Below are positions 29,281 to 40,721 of a stretch of 64,000 nucleotides of DNA, piece after piece. The first letter of the stretch is position 1, and each line of letters starts with the position of its first letter. The notes under the pieces were generated by a model. The model ran no database searches, was not told the DNA's origin, and worked only from the letters and a program-made list of their open reading frames with translations. The stretch is taken from NCBI GenBank assembly GCA_051652765.1, contig JBOFUV010000034.1, positions 128,001-192,000 of the forward strand. The letters are read 5' to 3'. The translations under genes and the position numbers were made by a program. Origin of the DNA: Microcoleaceae cyanobacterium (GTDB lineage Bacteria > Cyanobacteriota > Cyanobacteriia > Cyanobacteriales > Microcoleaceae).

Positions 29281-29802
29281 ATGTCTTGGGGGAAGCTTTT
29301 ACAGCCGGATTTGATTTTAGGGAGTTCAGTTCTGGATTTAACGCCTGACCTGCTCCAGACTCACCATCTCAAAGGGCTGGTGTTAGATGTGGATGAAACC
29401 CTTGTCCCTATTACTCAGAGTGGTGTATCTGATCTGCTCCAACATTGGGTAGAAACGATTAAGCCCGTTGCCACCCTGTGGTTGGTGAGTAACAATATTA
29501 GCCAACCGCGAATCAGTGGAATTGCTCAGGCCCTTGAATTGCCCTACATTAGTAGTGCGGGCAAGCCCTCACGGCGGAAACTGCGGCGGGCGGTTGAAGC
29601 GATCAATCTTCCGGTGGAGCAAGTGGGCATGGTGGGCGATCGCCTGTTTACGGATGTTCTGGCAGGAAATCGTCTGGGGATGTTTACGATTCTGGTCGAA
29701 CCCATGACTGATCCAGTTCTAGGAGATCAGCTCTTCCTGCATACGCGCACATTTGAAGTGTGGCTATCTAGGCTTTTAGGGGCCTCCCTCAAGTTCGATT
29801 GA
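29281..29802 (+). CDS. YqeG-family HAD IIIA phosphatase
   Basis: DVDETL, VSNN, GKP, VGDRLFTDVLAGNR. Confidence 0.9.
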   Translation: MSWGKLLQPDLILGSSVLDLTPDLLQTHHLKGLVLDVDETLVPITQSGVSDLLQHWVETIKPVATLWLVSNNISQPRISGIAQALELPYISSAGKPSRRKLRRAVEAINLPVEQVGMVGDRLFTDVLAGNRLGMFTILVEPMTDPVLGDQLFLHTRTFEVWLSRLLGASLKFD

Positions 29803-29817
29803 GAGTGTTCATTTCCG

Positions 29818-30936
29818 ATGCCCTTGACTATTGTTGTTAAAATTGGTACGTCTAGCCTGACTCAGGCTGCAACAGGGGATTTGGCCCTGTCTACCCTGGC
29901 CGCATTGGTTGAGACCCTCACCCATCTCCGTCGCCAGGAACACCGAGTCGTCCTGGTGTCTTCTGGGGCTGTGGGGGTTGGCAGCGCTCGGTTGGGCTTG
30001 AGTGAACGGCCTCGAACCATCGCATTAAAACAGGCCGTTGCTGCCGTGGGCCAAGGTCGTCTTATGCGAGTCTATGATGATCTATTTACCTCTCTTAACC
30101 AGCCCATTGCCCAAGTGTTGCTCACCCGAGGGGATCTCATTCAACGGGGTGGTTATGTCAACGCCTACAATACGTTTCAGCAACTCCTGCGCTTAAACGT
30201 AATTCCAATCGTGAATGAAAACGACACTGTGGCAGTGGATGAACTCAAATTTGGCGATAACGACACCCTTTCTGCCCTAGTCGCCAGTCTAGTTGAAGCG
30301 GATTGGCTATTTATCTTAACGGATGTTGATAAACTTTACTCTGCCGATCCTCGTCATAACCCTAACGCCCAACCTATTGACCTAGTAACCCACATAAAAC
30401 AACTGGAGGAATTGCAGGTCAATATGGGCAATTCCCAGAGTGGCTGGGGGACTGGAGGAATGATTACCAAAATTGAAGCGGCGCGGATTGCCACAGGTTC
30501 AGGGGTGCGAACTGTGATTACAGATGGCAAACAACCACATAATATCGAAAAAATTATTCAAGGAGAACCTTTAGGAACTCAGTTTGAACCCAGTTCACGA
30601 CCTGTCAATGCTCGCAAACATTGGATTGCCAATATTTTAATTCCGACAGGAAAGCTTGGCTTGGATGCAGGGGCAGTGAAGGCGATTTGTCAGAATGGAA
30701 AATCCCTCCTAGCTGCAGGGATTACCCAGGTGGAAGGCAGGTTTCAGGTACAGGACGCGGTTCAACTGTGTGATCCCAATGGGAGCGAAATTGCGAGGGG
30801 ACTGGTGAACTATAGCAGTCTTGAACTCGAACAAATTAAAGGCTGTCACTCCGAAACCATTCCTGAAGTCCTCGGATATGGGGGTGCAGAGACAGTGATT
30901 CATCGAGATAACTTGGTTATTCCCCAAGACCCATAG
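29818..30936 (+). CDS. proB: glutamate 5-kinase
   Basis: [36 protein letters not shown] domain. Confidence 0.95.
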   Translation: MPLTIVVKIGTSSLTQAATGDLALSTLAALVETLTHLRRQEHRVVLVSSGAVGVGSARLGLSERPRTIALKQAVAAVGQGRLMRVYDDLFTSLNQPIAQVLLTRGDLIQRGGYVNAYNTFQQLLRLNVIPIVNENDTVAVDELKFGDNDTLSALVASLVEADWLFILTDVDKLYSADPRHNPNAQPIDLVTHIKQLEELQVNMGNSQSGWGTGGMITKIEAARIATGSGVRTVITDGKQPHNIEKIIQGEPLGTQFEPSSRPVNARKHWIANILIPTGKLGLDAGAVKAICQNGKSLLAAGITQVEGRFQVQDAVQLCDPNGSEIARGLVNYSSLELEQIKGCHSETIPEVLGYGGAETVIHRDNLVIPQDP

Positions 30937-31024
30937 TCCCTAACACAGGTTTGAATGTTATGTTTTGAGCGTCACTTGCGGTAATGTAAAGGCAAATTAA
31001 ATGAGTTAAAAATTGAGTTAAATT

Positions 31025-31516
31025 ATGATGCGATCGCCCTTTCTCCTCAACACCGCTTTCACGAAAGCCATCCCCACTCAAGCGACTATTACTAGTGCTA
31101 CCCTGACTTGCGCTTTAATCAGTCTGATTAGCATTTTAACCTGGTTCTGGGCTCCTCCTGCTTGGGCCTTGATTCCGATTGAACTCTATGATTTGAATGT
31201 TCAGGACTGTCCACCCGAGCTAGCCGATGGCATGGTTGCTAGCTTTTCGTCCCAGGAAGCCAACTGCTTTATGGTGATGGGAAAAGCGAAGAACTCCTCC
31301 GGCAAGCTTGTTGTTGATGCAGATATCTTTGGTCGAATTTATGATGCCAACGATAACCCGGTGATGCAAAATCGAACTCGCTTGGGAAGTATTAGTGAAG
31401 TTCCTCCTGGAGCCAGTGATTTTGAACTAAGAATTTCTGTTCCAACTAATCTAAAAACGCCACTCAAACTGAAACAATTCAAAGCTTCTGGTTTTACAGG
31501 TCGGATTGGACGATAA
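31025..31516 (+). CDS. conserved exported cyanobacterial protein
   Basis: Signal peptide ending PPAWA; ADIFGRIYDANDNPVMQNRTRLG. Confidence 0.7.
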   Translation: MMRSPFLLNTAFTKAIPTQATITSATLTCALISLISILTWFWAPPAWALIPIELYDLNVQDCPPELADGMVASFSSQEANCFMVMGKAKNSSGKLVVDADIFGRIYDANDNPVMQNRTRLGSISEVPPGASDFELRISVPTNLKTPLKLKQFKASGFTGRIGR

Positions 31517-31621
31517 CTATCTCAAAGAAAAGGAGACATCACTAAAAAGCCGAGATCTTTTTTGCCAACCTCGGCTCAATGTATTCAGTAGAGAAATAGA
31601 AAAAGCCTTGTCATTCAGGGA

Positions 31622-31924
31622 CTAGACAGACATAGAAGAGGCTGCATAGGCCAGACTAAATAAGAGCTGAGGAACTAACCCAGCCACAATCTGCAGCAAG
31701 AAAATTGCAATCATGGGCGAGAAATCTATTCCTCCCAAGGGTGGAATAAACTGTCGAAAAACGTTTAAGTAAGGATCGGTGAGCTGGCTCAGAATGGAAA
31801 AAGGAGGATCATACCAGTTAATGTTGGGAAACCAACTGAGTAAAATTCTGATAAAAATTAAGACTGTATAGATTTGAAAGAATGTGCTAACTGTCATTGC
31901 TAACAACTGTAGTACATTGCCCAT
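31622..31924 (-). CDS. YggT (YlmG) family membrane protein
   Basis: RILLSWFP, LTDPYLNVFR, IPPLGGIDFSP. Confidence 0.92.
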   Translation of the reverse strand: MGNVLQLLAMTVSTFFQIYTVLIFIRILLSWFPNINWYDPPFSILSQLTDPYLNVFRQFIPPLGGIDFSPMIAIFLLQIVAGLVPQLLFSLAYAASSMSV

Positions 31925-32004
31925 AATTAATTCCTAATTCTTCAATTTATGTTTGAAACTATCTTACTGAGTAGTTTATCACACTTCCCCAAGGTCGTTT
32001 GGTT

Positions 32005-32319
32005 CTAGGATTCCTCTGTCAGCGATCGCTCCGAGTAATGTTCTGTTGTCATTGAGCCATTTTCACTGCCAAGCTGTTGTCTCACATCATCAATTGCTTG
32101 GTTGAGTTGAGCAATTTTCTCCTCCAAGCTTAAATGTGCCAGATCAAGATTGCCCACTTCCAATCGCTTGGCTTTTCGTTTGCCATCGGTCAGACTCGCT
32201 GGGGTTGAATTTTCTCCAGAGAGGCGGGAAGCCAGAACCACGCCTACAATCCCCCCAACCACACCACCGACTACTGCACCCAGGGCAAATCCACCCGTAA
32301 ATCCATCTCGATTACTCAT
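32005..32319 (-). CDS. conserved hypothetical protein (Gly-rich TM plus coiled coil)
   Basis: GFALGAVVGGVVGG...LEEKIAQLNQAIDDVRQQL; between upp and yggT. Confidence 0.8.
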   Translation of the reverse strand: MSNRDGFTGGFALGAVVGGVVGGIVGVVLASRLSGENSTPASLTDGKRKAKRLEVGNLDLAHLSLEEKIAQLNQAIDDVRQQLGSENGSMTTEHYSERSLTEES

Positions 32320-32469
32320 AGCGCCTTCCTCGTAACGTTTCCTGCCTACTCATCATAATTCTGATTGATAGTTCTGATTGATAGTTCTGATTGATGTGGA
32401 ATCAAACGTTCCAAACGTCTAGCTCAACTTCACTTCTACATATCTAGACACCAAATCTAGGTACCAAAT

Positions 32470-33120
32470 CTAGGTACCAAAAGTACGATCGCCTGCATCT
32501 CCCAAGCCAGGAACAATGAATCCTTTGCTATTGAGACCGTCATCGATAATCGCTGTGTACACCTGCAAATTTGGATAGGCTTCACTCAGTCGTCTCAATG
32601 CAGGGGGAGCAGTCACCACTGAAATAATCCGCGTCAGACTTGGATCAATGCCTCGTGCCGTTAGCTCTGCCATCGTTGTCATAATCGTTCCCCCGGTTGC
32701 CAGCATCGGTTCACTAACAATTACCCGCGTCTGGGGAGCAAACTGGCTTGGGAGTTTATTGAGATAGCAACTGGTTTCCAGGGTCTCTTCATTCCGCACC
32801 ATCCCCAAATGATAGACCGCCGTCAGAGGAACAACACTTTGAATGCCTTCTAGTAACGCCAACCCCGCCCGTAGAATTGGGACAACGACCATCGGGACTT
32901 CTGCATTGACATAGGTTCCTGGACACTCTGCCAAAGGGGTTTTGATAATGGTTTCAACGGTAGGTAACCAATCCCGTGCCGCTTCGTAGGTCAACCATCG
33001 ACCAAGTTCAGTCATGGCCGTCCGAAAGAGAACAGAGGGCGTTTCAGCATCCCGAGCGATCGCCAACCAGTGCTTGATCAAGGGATGGGGAGGAACGTAG
33101 ACACGCAATTGCAGAGCCAT
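32470..33120 (-). CDS. upp: uracil phosphoribosyltransferase
   Basis: HPLIKHWL, VPILRAG, PMLATGGT, IVPGLGDAGDRTFGT. Confidence 0.95.
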   Translation of the reverse strand: MALQLRVYVPPHPLIKHWLAIARDAETPSVLFRTAMTELGRWLTYEAARDWLPTVETIIKTPLAECPGTYVNAEVPMVVVPILRAGLALLEGIQSVVPLTAVYHLGMVRNEETLETSCYLNKLPSQFAPQTRVIVSEPMLATGGTIMTTMAELTARGIDPSLTRIISVVTAPPALRRLSEAYPNLQVYTAIIDDGLNSKGFIVPGLGDAGDRTFGT

Positions 33121-33234
33121 GGGCAGAACCAGGATGATGTAGCAAGTAATTCTCAACTATCATACTCTGGTTTTTACGGTTCAACAGGCACAAGTTAGCC
33201 ATTCTCTGTTCCAAAAATAAATTTTATCCAATCT

Positions 33235-33264
33235 ATTGACAATCTTTTTCAAGAAGCATACAGT
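33235..33264 (+). promoter_or_regulatory. isaR1 promoter with Fur-box-like inverted repeat
   Basis: TTGACA 33236-33241, 17-nt spacer, TACAGT 33259-33264; TTGACAATCTTTTTCAA dyad overlaps the -35. Confidence 0.6.
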
Positions 33265-33269
33265 AGTTC

Positions 33270-33337
33270 TAGTGTTCTCCTCTCAAAAGGCTCAACAGAC
33301 GGGGCGGTAAGGCTACTGAATGCTGCCCCGTTATTTA
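33270..33337 (+). ncRNA. isaR1: IsaR1 iron-stress sRNA
   Basis: 5' AGTGTTCTCCTCTC seed, terminator ACGGGGCGGTA...TGCTGCCCCGT plus T-rich tail, position between upp and crtH. Confidence 0.8.
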
Positions 33338-33677
33338 TTACCTTCTGAGAGACTTTGCTCAATCGAGTTACAGGGGGCACACTAGATAATCCAGGTATTT
33401 GCTGTCCTCTGTATGCCCTGAAGGATGTACACCAGGAGCACAGAAAGACTACGCACAGCCTTTCTGTGAGCAATTTAACAGCCTGGGCTTGACCTATCAG
33501 CTTTGTGTTAACAGTCCATAAACTTGATGTTAACCGGCGCAAATCTTTTCCCAAAAATCTCCAAAAAATTCCCGAACCTTTCTGAGAGGGGTTTTATGCC
33601 TTTTGGTTCTCCACTGAAGGAGCTAGAGACGCTAAACTGTGAGAGTCACAAAATCCCAAGTGAGAGTTGACCCAACG

Positions 33678-35228
33678 ATGCCTGTTCCTAGCTCGCCTGA
33701 GTTTGCTGCTACAACGTCCATAGATTCCTCGCCAGCTTTTTTTGATGTGATCGTGATTGGTTCTGGAATTGGGGGGCTAGTGACAGCAACTCAACTTGCA
33801 GCCAAAGGTGTTTCCGTCCTAGTTTTGGAAAGTTATGTGATTCCCGGTGGCAGTTCTGGCTACTTTGAACGGGAAGGATACCGGTTTGATGTTGGGGCAT
33901 CGATGATTTTCGGATTTGGAGCGCAAGGAACCACGAACTTGCTGACCCGTGCTTTAGATGCTGTCAATGTTAGCCTTGAGACCATCTCTGATCCAATTCA
34001 AGTGCATTATCATTTGCCAGGGAAATTGGAAATTAAGGTTCATCAGGATTATGAGAAGTTTTTGCAAGAACTAACTGACAAGTTTCCGATTGAACGTCAG
34101 GGAATTCGTAACTTTTACAATGAATGCTGGCAGGTCTTTAACTGCTTAAATTCGATGGAATTGCTATCCCTGGAAGAACCCCGCTATTTAGTGCGGGTCT
34201 TTTTTCAGCAGCCCAGTGCTTGTTTGGGACTCCTACGGTATCTCCCTCAAAATGTTGGAGATGTGGCCCGTTGGCATATTCATGATCCGCAATTGCTAAA
34301 GTTCATTGACCTAGAATGCTATATCTGGTCAGTTGTACCCGCAGCCTTAACGCCGATGATTAATGCGGGGATGGTGTTCTCTGATCGTCACTATGGCGGG
34401 ATCAACTATCCAAAAGGTGGCGTGGGCCAAATCGCCTTAAAGTTGGTGGAGGGTCTGGAAAACGCAGGGGGGCAAATTTGCTACAAGTCCAGAGTCAAGC
34501 AGGTTCTGATTGAACAGGGTCGGGCAGTTGGCGTTGAACTCGCTGATGGTAGAGTCTATCGGGCCAAACGAATTGTTTCTAATGCTACGCGCTGGGATAC
34601 TTTTGGTAAGCTCGTCCCCAATGATAAAACCCCAAATTCAGAGCGAAAATGGCAACAGCGATATCAAAAGTCTCCGAGTTTTCTCAGTATTCATGCAGGG
34701 GTTGAGGCATCGGTCTTTCCCTCTGGCACAGAATGTCATCATGTTTTGCTGGAAAATTGGGAATCCATGCAAGAGCCAGAAGGCACAATTTTTGTTTCGA
34801 TTCCCACGTTACTCGATTCCAGTCTTGCTCCCAAGGGCTATCACATCCTACACACCTTTACTCCAAGCTGGATTCAGGACTGGGAAGGGTTGTCAGAAGC
34901 TGAATATGAAGCCAAGAAAGAAGCCGCTGCTTGGCGCATCATTGATCGATTGGAGCAGATTTTCCCTGGATTGGATGCAGGGTTGGATTACCTAGAAGTG
35001 GGAACTGGGCGATCGCACCGTCGATTTCTCAATCGTCAAGATGGAACCTATGGCCCAATGCCGCGTCAAGCGCTGCGAGGGTTATTGGGGATGCCTTTCA
35101 ATCGCACAGCCATTCCGGGACTGTACTGTGTTGGGGATAGTACGTTTCCGGGTCAAGGACTCAATGCGGTTGCTTTCTCTGGGTTTGCCTGTGCCCATCG
35201 AGTTGCAGCGGATTTAGGCTTGGCTTAG
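33678..35228 (+). CDS. crtH: carotene isomerase
   Basis: [56 protein letters not shown]. Confidence 0.93.
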   Translation: MPVPSSPEFAATTSIDSSPAFFDVIVIGSGIGGLVTATQLAAKGVSVLVLESYVIPGGSSGYFEREGYRFDVGASMIFGFGAQGTTNLLTRALDAVNVSLETISDPIQVHYHLPGKLEIKVHQDYEKFLQELTDKFPIERQGIRNFYNECWQVFNCLNSMELLSLEEPRYLVRVFFQQPSACLGLLRYLPQNVGDVARWHIHDPQLLKFIDLECYIWSVVPAALTPMINAGMVFSDRHYGGINYPKGGVGQIALKLVEGLENAGGQICYKSRVKQVLIEQGRAVGVELADGRVYRAKRIVSNATRWDTFGKLVPNDKTPNSERKWQQRYQKSPSFLSIHAGVEASVFPSGTECHHVLLENWESMQEPEGTIFVSIPTLLDSSLAPKGYHILHTFTPSWIQDWEGLSEAEYEAKKEAAAWRIIDRLEQIFPGLDAGLDYLEVGTGRSHRRFLNRQDGTYGPMPRQALRGLLGMPFNRTAIPGLYCVGDSTFPGQGLNAVAFSGFACAHRVAADLGLA

Positions 35229-35270
35229 GTTTGGCTTAGATTAGGATCTATCAACCTAAATCGGGCTGTG

Positions 35271-35302
35271 TTGGTTGGTGTTACCAGCGCAACACCAACC
35301 AA
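35271..35302. terminator. hairpin between convergent crtH and treS
   Basis: Perfect 12-bp stem TTGGTTGGTGTT / AACACCAACCAA with 8-nt loop. Confidence 0.6.
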
Positions 35303-35336
35303 TATAATTAACTACCCTAGACAAACCACTGAGGCA

Positions 35337-38300
35337 TTATTCCTCTGAATCTGATGGAATGATGGCAGAGTGGGTTCTGGCAGCAATCCGGTTTAGGACA
35401 GCTTCCATGTCTGAGGTTGGTACAGTTGCAGGTCGTGCAGACAAGTCCAAGAGCAATTGTAATGGAATCATCAAGGGTTCATCGCCTTGATTTAAAGAAT
35501 TTCCCAGATCTTGAACGGCATTCTCCAATAGATAGCAGTCCAATAACACCTGGAGTTCCTCCTGATCGTTGGGAATGAAACTGTAAGATTGGGCAACATC
35601 CAGGTAGCTCTTGAGGAAGGTTGCCCCGACCCAGGTCTGCCAAAACTTGGCCCATTGCTGCATTAAGGGTAGATTTTCAGGGCGGATCATGCCATTTTCG
35701 ACCTCGTTTTGCAGGGCTGTACGCGCCGCATGATCAAAAGAGAGTAGCATACTCGCAACATCTCGCAGGGGCGATCGCTTCATGCGCCGCTCGTTTAAAG
35801 TTCGATAGGTTTCGCCTTCAAAGTCAAGAATGACAAAATCTTTCCCGGTGTACAGGACTTCCTCCAAACAATAGTTCCCGTGACATCGGGTTCGAGTTGC
35901 GGTGATTTTGAAGGCCAACACCTGTTTGAGTTGCCCTAAGATAAATTCTTTGGCACTAATCACCTGACGGGCTAGGGTCTGAACTTCAGGAGTTAGGGTT
36001 TTGAGTCGCTTTTTCAAGCGCAGCACCGTTTGTCCCGTTAAATTGCGGGAATATTGATAAATCGAGCGTTGATAGAAAGAGGAAAACGCAACTGGACAAA
36101 AGTCAGGATGTTCTGGATCAGAAGAAAGGGCAATATGCATTTCCGCTGTCCGCTGACCGAGAAGCTGGGCGTTTGTCAAGTAGGAACCAATGGTTAGAGT
36201 TGCGAGTTCGGGAATGTCTTGCGCGCACAGAGCCGTGATCGGTGCAGTTTCAACCGGCACTTCTGTAACATTGGATTGGGTCACTGTCACCCGATCAAAA
36301 TAATCTCGTAAGACATCTAGGGCAGAATTCCAGGCATTACTTGCATTGGGAATATAGGGCTGTAACACCCCAATTGTCATGGCCTCACCTGTCTTCCGGC
36401 GATACTCCAAACTTCCCATTGCAGGTGCAATATGAGCCAGTTCTGCCTTTTCCCGGAGGAAATTTCGCACTTCCAGCTCAGGATTAATCCCTTCTTCAAC
36501 CCGGCGGAAAAGCTTGAATACAAACCGATTGCCATAAATAATCAGGGTATTGCTACGGTTACTCTTCTCTAGGGCCATCTCAAAGTTGCCCTGGAGGGTG
36601 TCCCGATCCGGTTCAAGGGCATCGGTGGTAATTGCCGTTAAGCGTCCGAGGGTACCAGAGTAGGTTTGCCGAGACACAATCGCCTGCTTCAGCATCCCCA
36701 TAAAATTCTGGTCAGTAATGGCATCAAACAAGAGTCCCTGTTCTTGACCCACGGTTAGGGTGGCCATAATCGCTTGAGGATCATTCTGACGTACCTGTTC
36801 TGCCGCTTCCCCGGTAGCATAGGCTAAGGGCAACACATAGGTTTCAGGGAACCCCTCAGTATATTCAAGCTGGAACAGAACAATGGCAGCTTCCTGGTCA
36901 AGGTAAGGCACTGAAATCACATCGGCAATCCGGATTGCCTGTACCACCTGAAACTTCCCGGTGAACCAGCGACAGGTTTTGAGGTATCCAGCCAGGATAG
37001 ATTCTAATTCCGGCTTCAGTGCTGCTTCGGTCAGAACCTGTTGCCAACTCTCCTCTACCTCTAGGGCTGGGAGCTGCTTCTGAGGGCGCAGGGATAGGTT
37101 GGCACTGGGGTCGAGTTGCAGTAGGAACCAATAAAATCCATAGGGACTGATGCTAATGAAATAGGCAGATTTATCAATCTTGGGAAACTCGGTACGCCCA
37201 AAAATTTCGACGGGAATCATGCCCACAAACCCGGACAGATCCAGTTCTACAGTCTGCACAAACCGAGAAAGATTGGCAACCACCAAAATATGTTCGCCGT
37301 TATAGGTTCGGACAAAGGTCAACACCTTCCGGTTTTCTGGGTGCAACAGTTCAAAGGTTCCCCGACCAAAGGCTTGGAACCGCTTCCGCATCGCAATCAG
37401 CCGCTTTGTCCAAGACAACAAGGAGTTGGGGTTCCCGACTTGAGCCTCAACGTTAACGGTTTCATAGTGGTATTCTGCATCCAAAACCACAGGCTGGTAA
37501 AGCTTCTGGGGATTAGCCCGACTGAATCCTGCATTGCGATCGGGGCTCCACTGCATGGGAGTTCGTACCCCATGGCGATCGCCAATGTAGATGTTGTCCC
37601 CCATGCCAATCTCATCCCCGTAGTAAAGCACCGGAGTTCCCGGCAGGGAGAGCAATAAAGTATTCATCAGTTCAATCTGCCGTCGATCATTGCTCAATAG
37701 GGGTGCTAAACGGCGACGAATCCCCAGATTAATTCGGGCTTGAGTGTCTTGGGCATAGACCTTGTACATGTAGTCTCGGTCTTCGTCTGTCACCATTTCC
37801 AGGGTCAGTTCATCGTGATTTCGCAAGAATAGAGCCCACTGACAATTATCAGGAATCGCTGGCGTTTGATTCAGAATGTCGATAATCGGGAAGCTATCCT
37901 CCATCCGCAGAGACATAAATAAACGCGGCATCAGCGGAAAATGAAAATTCATGTGGCACTCATCCCCAGTGCCGTAATAGGTTGCCGCATCCTCTGGCCA
38001 TTGGTTGGCTTCTGCCAGCAACATCCGGTTGGAATACTTGAGGTCAAGATAGGCCCGCAGTTGTTTCAAGAATTCATGGGTTCCGGGTAAGTTCTCGCAG
38101 TTGGTGCCCTCTTGAACACACAGGTAAGGAACTGCGTCTAACCGCATTCCATCTACCCCCATATCCATCCAAAAATCGACGACCTTCAGTAAAGCCTTTT
38201 GCAGTTCAGGGTTCTCGTAGTTTAAATCGGGCTGGTGAGAATAGAACCGATGCCAATAATAAGCTTTTGCCACGGGGTCCCAGGCCCAGTTCGAGGTTTC

Positions 38301-38759
38301 AAAGTCCTGAAAAATAATCCGCACCTCTGGAAACTTGTCTGGAGTATCGCTCCAAACATAGAAATCCCGCTCTTTGCTGCCTTTAGGGGCGTGGCGGGCT
38401 CGCTGGAACCAAGGGTGTTGGTCAGAAGTATGGTTGACAACTAACTCGATAATGACCCGAATCCCCCGTTTATGGGCCTCAGCCAGTAGGGTTTTGAACT
38501 CTTCTAGGGTGCCATAGATCGAATTAACGCTCATGTAGTCGGCAATATCATAGCCATCATCCCGCAGTGGCGAGGGGAAAAAGGGGAGCACCCAAATTGC
38601 TGTAATCCCCAGATCTTGCAAATAATCTAATTTTGAGGTCAAGCCTGGAAAATCACCAATCCCGTCACCATTGCTATCAGCATAGGCCCGGATAGGGACT
38701 TCATAAATAACCGCATCTTTGAACCAGAGAGGATCGTTAGTCAGCTTGGGATGTTGCAT
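35337..38759 (-). CDS. treS: trehalose synthase fused to a maltokinase-like domain
   Basis: GH13 motifs RLDAVPY, AEANQW, FLRNHDELTLE; C-terminal Mak-like domain with KLFRR and DFEGE. Confidence 0.93.
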   Translation of the reverse strand: MQHPKLTNDPLWFKDAVIYEVPIRAYADSNGDGIGDFPGLTSKLDYLQDLGITAIWVLPFFPSPLRDDGYDIADYMSVNSIYGTLEEFKTLLAEAHKRGIRVIIELVVNHTSDQHPWFQRARHAPKGSKERDFYVWSDTPDKFPEVRIIFQDFETSNWAWDPVAKAYYWHRFYSHQPDLNYENPELQKALLKVVDFWMDMGVDGMRLDAVPYLCVQEGTNCENLPGTHEFLKQLRAYLDLKYSNRMLLAEANQWPEDAATYYGTGDECHMNFHFPLMPRLFMSLRMEDSFPIIDILNQTPAIPDNCQWALFLRNHDELTLEMVTDEDRDYMYKVYAQDTQARINLGIRRRLAPLLSNDRRQIELMNTLLLSLPGTPVLYYGDEIGMGDNIYIGDRHGVRTPMQWSPDRNAGFSRANPQKLYQPVVLDAEYHYETVNVEAQVGNPNSLLSWTKRLIAMRKRFQAFGRGTFELLHPENRKVLTFVRTYNGEHILVVANLSRFVQTVELDLSGFVGMIPVEIFGRTEFPKIDKSAYFISISPYGFYWFLLQLDPSANLSLRPQKQLPALEVEESWQQVLTEAALKPELESILAGYLKTCRWFTGKFQVVQAIRIADVISVPYLDQEAAIVLFQLEYTEGFPETYVLPLAYATGEAAEQVRQNDPQAIMATLTVGQEQGLLFDAITDQNFMGMLKQAIVSRQTYSGTLGRLTAITTDALEPDRDTLQGNFEMALEKSNRSNTLIIYGNRFVFKLFRRVEEGINPELEVRNFLREKAELAHIAPAMGSLEYRRKTGEAMTIGVLQPYIPNASNAWNSALDVLRDYFDRVTVTQSNVTEVPVETAPITALCAQDIPELATLTIGSYLTNAQLLGQRTAEMHIALSSDPEHPDFCPVAFSSFYQRSIYQYSRNLTGQTVLRLKKRLKTLTPEVQTLARQVISAKEFILGQLKQVLAFKITATRTRCHGNYCLEEVLYTGKDFVILDFEGETYRTLNERRMKRSPLRDVASMLLSFDHAARTALQNEVENGMIRPENLPLMQQWAKFWQTWVGATFLKSYLDVAQSYSFIPNDQEELQVLLDCYLLENAVQDLGNSLNQGDEPLMIPLQLLLDLSARPATVPTSDMEAVLNRIAARTHSAIIPSDSEE

Positions 38760-39149
38760 AGTGGTGATGGAGTACGTTAAGGGCTGGTCAACATGTTTTC
38801 TAGCAGTCTAGGAGAATTTCCAAGTCATATTAGGACTCCCTCTTGAGGCAGTCTGCTCTCTCTGAACGCTACCAATCGTTAGTCAAACACCCATGATGGA
38901 CAACTCAAAACCGTTAAAATGCTATGACTTCAAAGCTCTACTTCTTCAAAAAAAGTGAGTTCAGCCAAGTTGCCATTTCGTGTAGATATTTAGCATTCCG
39001 CTTTTCTTGGCAAGACCCTGAGGTAACAACCCTGTCAGCAATACCGAGCCATAAAACTGCCCAGAAATGCAATGTGAATTTGGGCTAGGGTGAAAGGATC
39101 AAGATTAAACAGAAGATGAACATTCTTAAATCCCTCTAATAATTATGTT

Positions 39150-40721
39150 ATGACGGAATTGATAGAGTTGGAAACCTCTTCCGTCAAAAATTTATCCGGA
39201 ACTCCTGAACGTATGACCTTTAAACGTGCCAGCGGAATTTTGCTCCACCCCACTAGCTTCCCCAGTCAATTTGGAATTGGGGATTTGGGAAAGGCTGCTT
39301 ACGAGTTTATTGATTTTCTAGAACAGAGTGGTCAAACCCTATGGCAAATTTTGCCCCTTGGCCCAACCGGATATGAACACTCTCCGTACATTATGAATTT
39401 CAGCACTTTTGCTGGAAATCCCCTGTTAATTAGCTTGGAACAGTTAGTTGACGAAGGCTTACTAGATGCAGGCATCTTAACGCCCTTGCCTCAAACTGAA
39501 GATATCATGGCTAACCGAGTCAACTTTGATCGGGTGATTCCCCACAAAACTCAGTTTTTAGAGCAAGCCTTTCAACAGTTTCAGGTCTCTTTACCCAATC
39601 CTGAGTTTGACACCTTCTGTCGGGACACCCGCTGGCTGAAAGATTATGCCCTGTTTATGGCGTTGCTAGAAGCCAATGATGGCCAGTCCTGGAACTATTG
39701 GGAACCTGCCGTTGCCCGCCGCGAGCCCGATGCCTTGAGAGCCAAGACCGAGGAACTCAAAGATCGAGTGCTCTACCACAAGTTCACTCAATTTAAGTTT
39801 TTCCAACAGTGGTCAACCCTGCGGAAGTACGCCAACAACAGAGGCATTCAAATTATTGGAGACATTTCCATCTACGTCTGCCACAACAGTTCCGATGTCT
39901 GGGCCCAACCGAACATTTTTCAACTTGACCCTGAAACTTTAGAATCCGCCTACATTGCTGGAGTTCCCCCAGACTATTTCAGTGCCACAGGGCAACTCTG
40001 GGGCAATCCTGTTTACAACTGGGATAAACTCCAGCAGACAAACTATGCCTGGTGGATTGAACGGTTCCGAGCAACCCTGGCCTATGCTGACCTAGTTCGG
40101 ATTGACCATTTCCGAGGGTTTGAAGCCTATTGGCGGGTTCCGGCTGGGGAGAAAACTGCCATTAACGGGGAGTGGATTCTGGCTCCTGGAGCAGAATTTT
40201 TTGAAACCCTGTGTCAAGAGTTGGGGAGTTCCCCAGTCCTGGCTGAGGATTTAGGAATTATCACTCCGGAAGTCGAGGAACTGCGCGATCGCTTTGGATT
40301 TCCTGGAATGCGAATTCTCCTATTTGCCTTTGGGGGAGCTGCAGACAACAGCTACTTACCCCATAACTTTGTCCAGAATTGCGTAGTTTACACGGGAACC
40401 CATGATAACGACACCACTTTGGGATGGTGGCAGGAAAAAGCAACTCCAGCAGAAAAGCAGCACGTAGCTCAATACTTGGGCTATGACTCCCCAGAAGAAG
40501 TTTCTGAAATCAACTGGCAGTTAATCAGGCTGGCCCTGAGTTCAACAGCCAACCAAGCCATTATTCCGCTGCAAGATATCTTGAGCTTAGATAATACCGC
40601 TCGGATGAACGACCCCAGCATTAACGCAGGGAACTGGCGTTGGCGTTATGAACAGTCTGAACTCTTGACCCAGGAACTCGGCAATCGGTTATTCAGCCTG
40701 ACTCGACTCCATAACCGATAA
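39150..40721 (+). CDS. malQ: 4-alpha-glucanotransferase
   Basis: RASGILLHPTS, GVPPDYFSATGQLWGNP, RIDHFRG, YTGTHDNDT. Confidence 0.95.
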   Translation: MTELIELETSSVKNLSGTPERMTFKRASGILLHPTSFPSQFGIGDLGKAAYEFIDFLEQSGQTLWQILPLGPTGYEHSPYIMNFSTFAGNPLLISLEQLVDEGLLDAGILTPLPQTEDIMANRVNFDRVIPHKTQFLEQAFQQFQVSLPNPEFDTFCRDTRWLKDYALFMALLEANDGQSWNYWEPAVARREPDALRAKTEELKDRVLYHKFTQFKFFQQWSTLRKYANNRGIQIIGDISIYVCHNSSDVWAQPNIFQLDPETLESAYIAGVPPDYFSATGQLWGNPVYNWDKLQQTNYAWWIERFRATLAYADLVRIDHFRGFEAYWRVPAGEKTAINGEWILAPGAEFFETLCQELGSSPVLAEDLGIITPEVEELRDRFGFPGMRILLFAFGGAADNSYLPHNFVQNCVVYTGTHDNDTTLGWWQEKATPAEKQHVAQYLGYDSPEEVSEINWQLIRLALSSTANQAIIPLQDILSLDNTARMNDPSINAGNWRWRYEQSELLTQELGNRLFSLTRLHNR

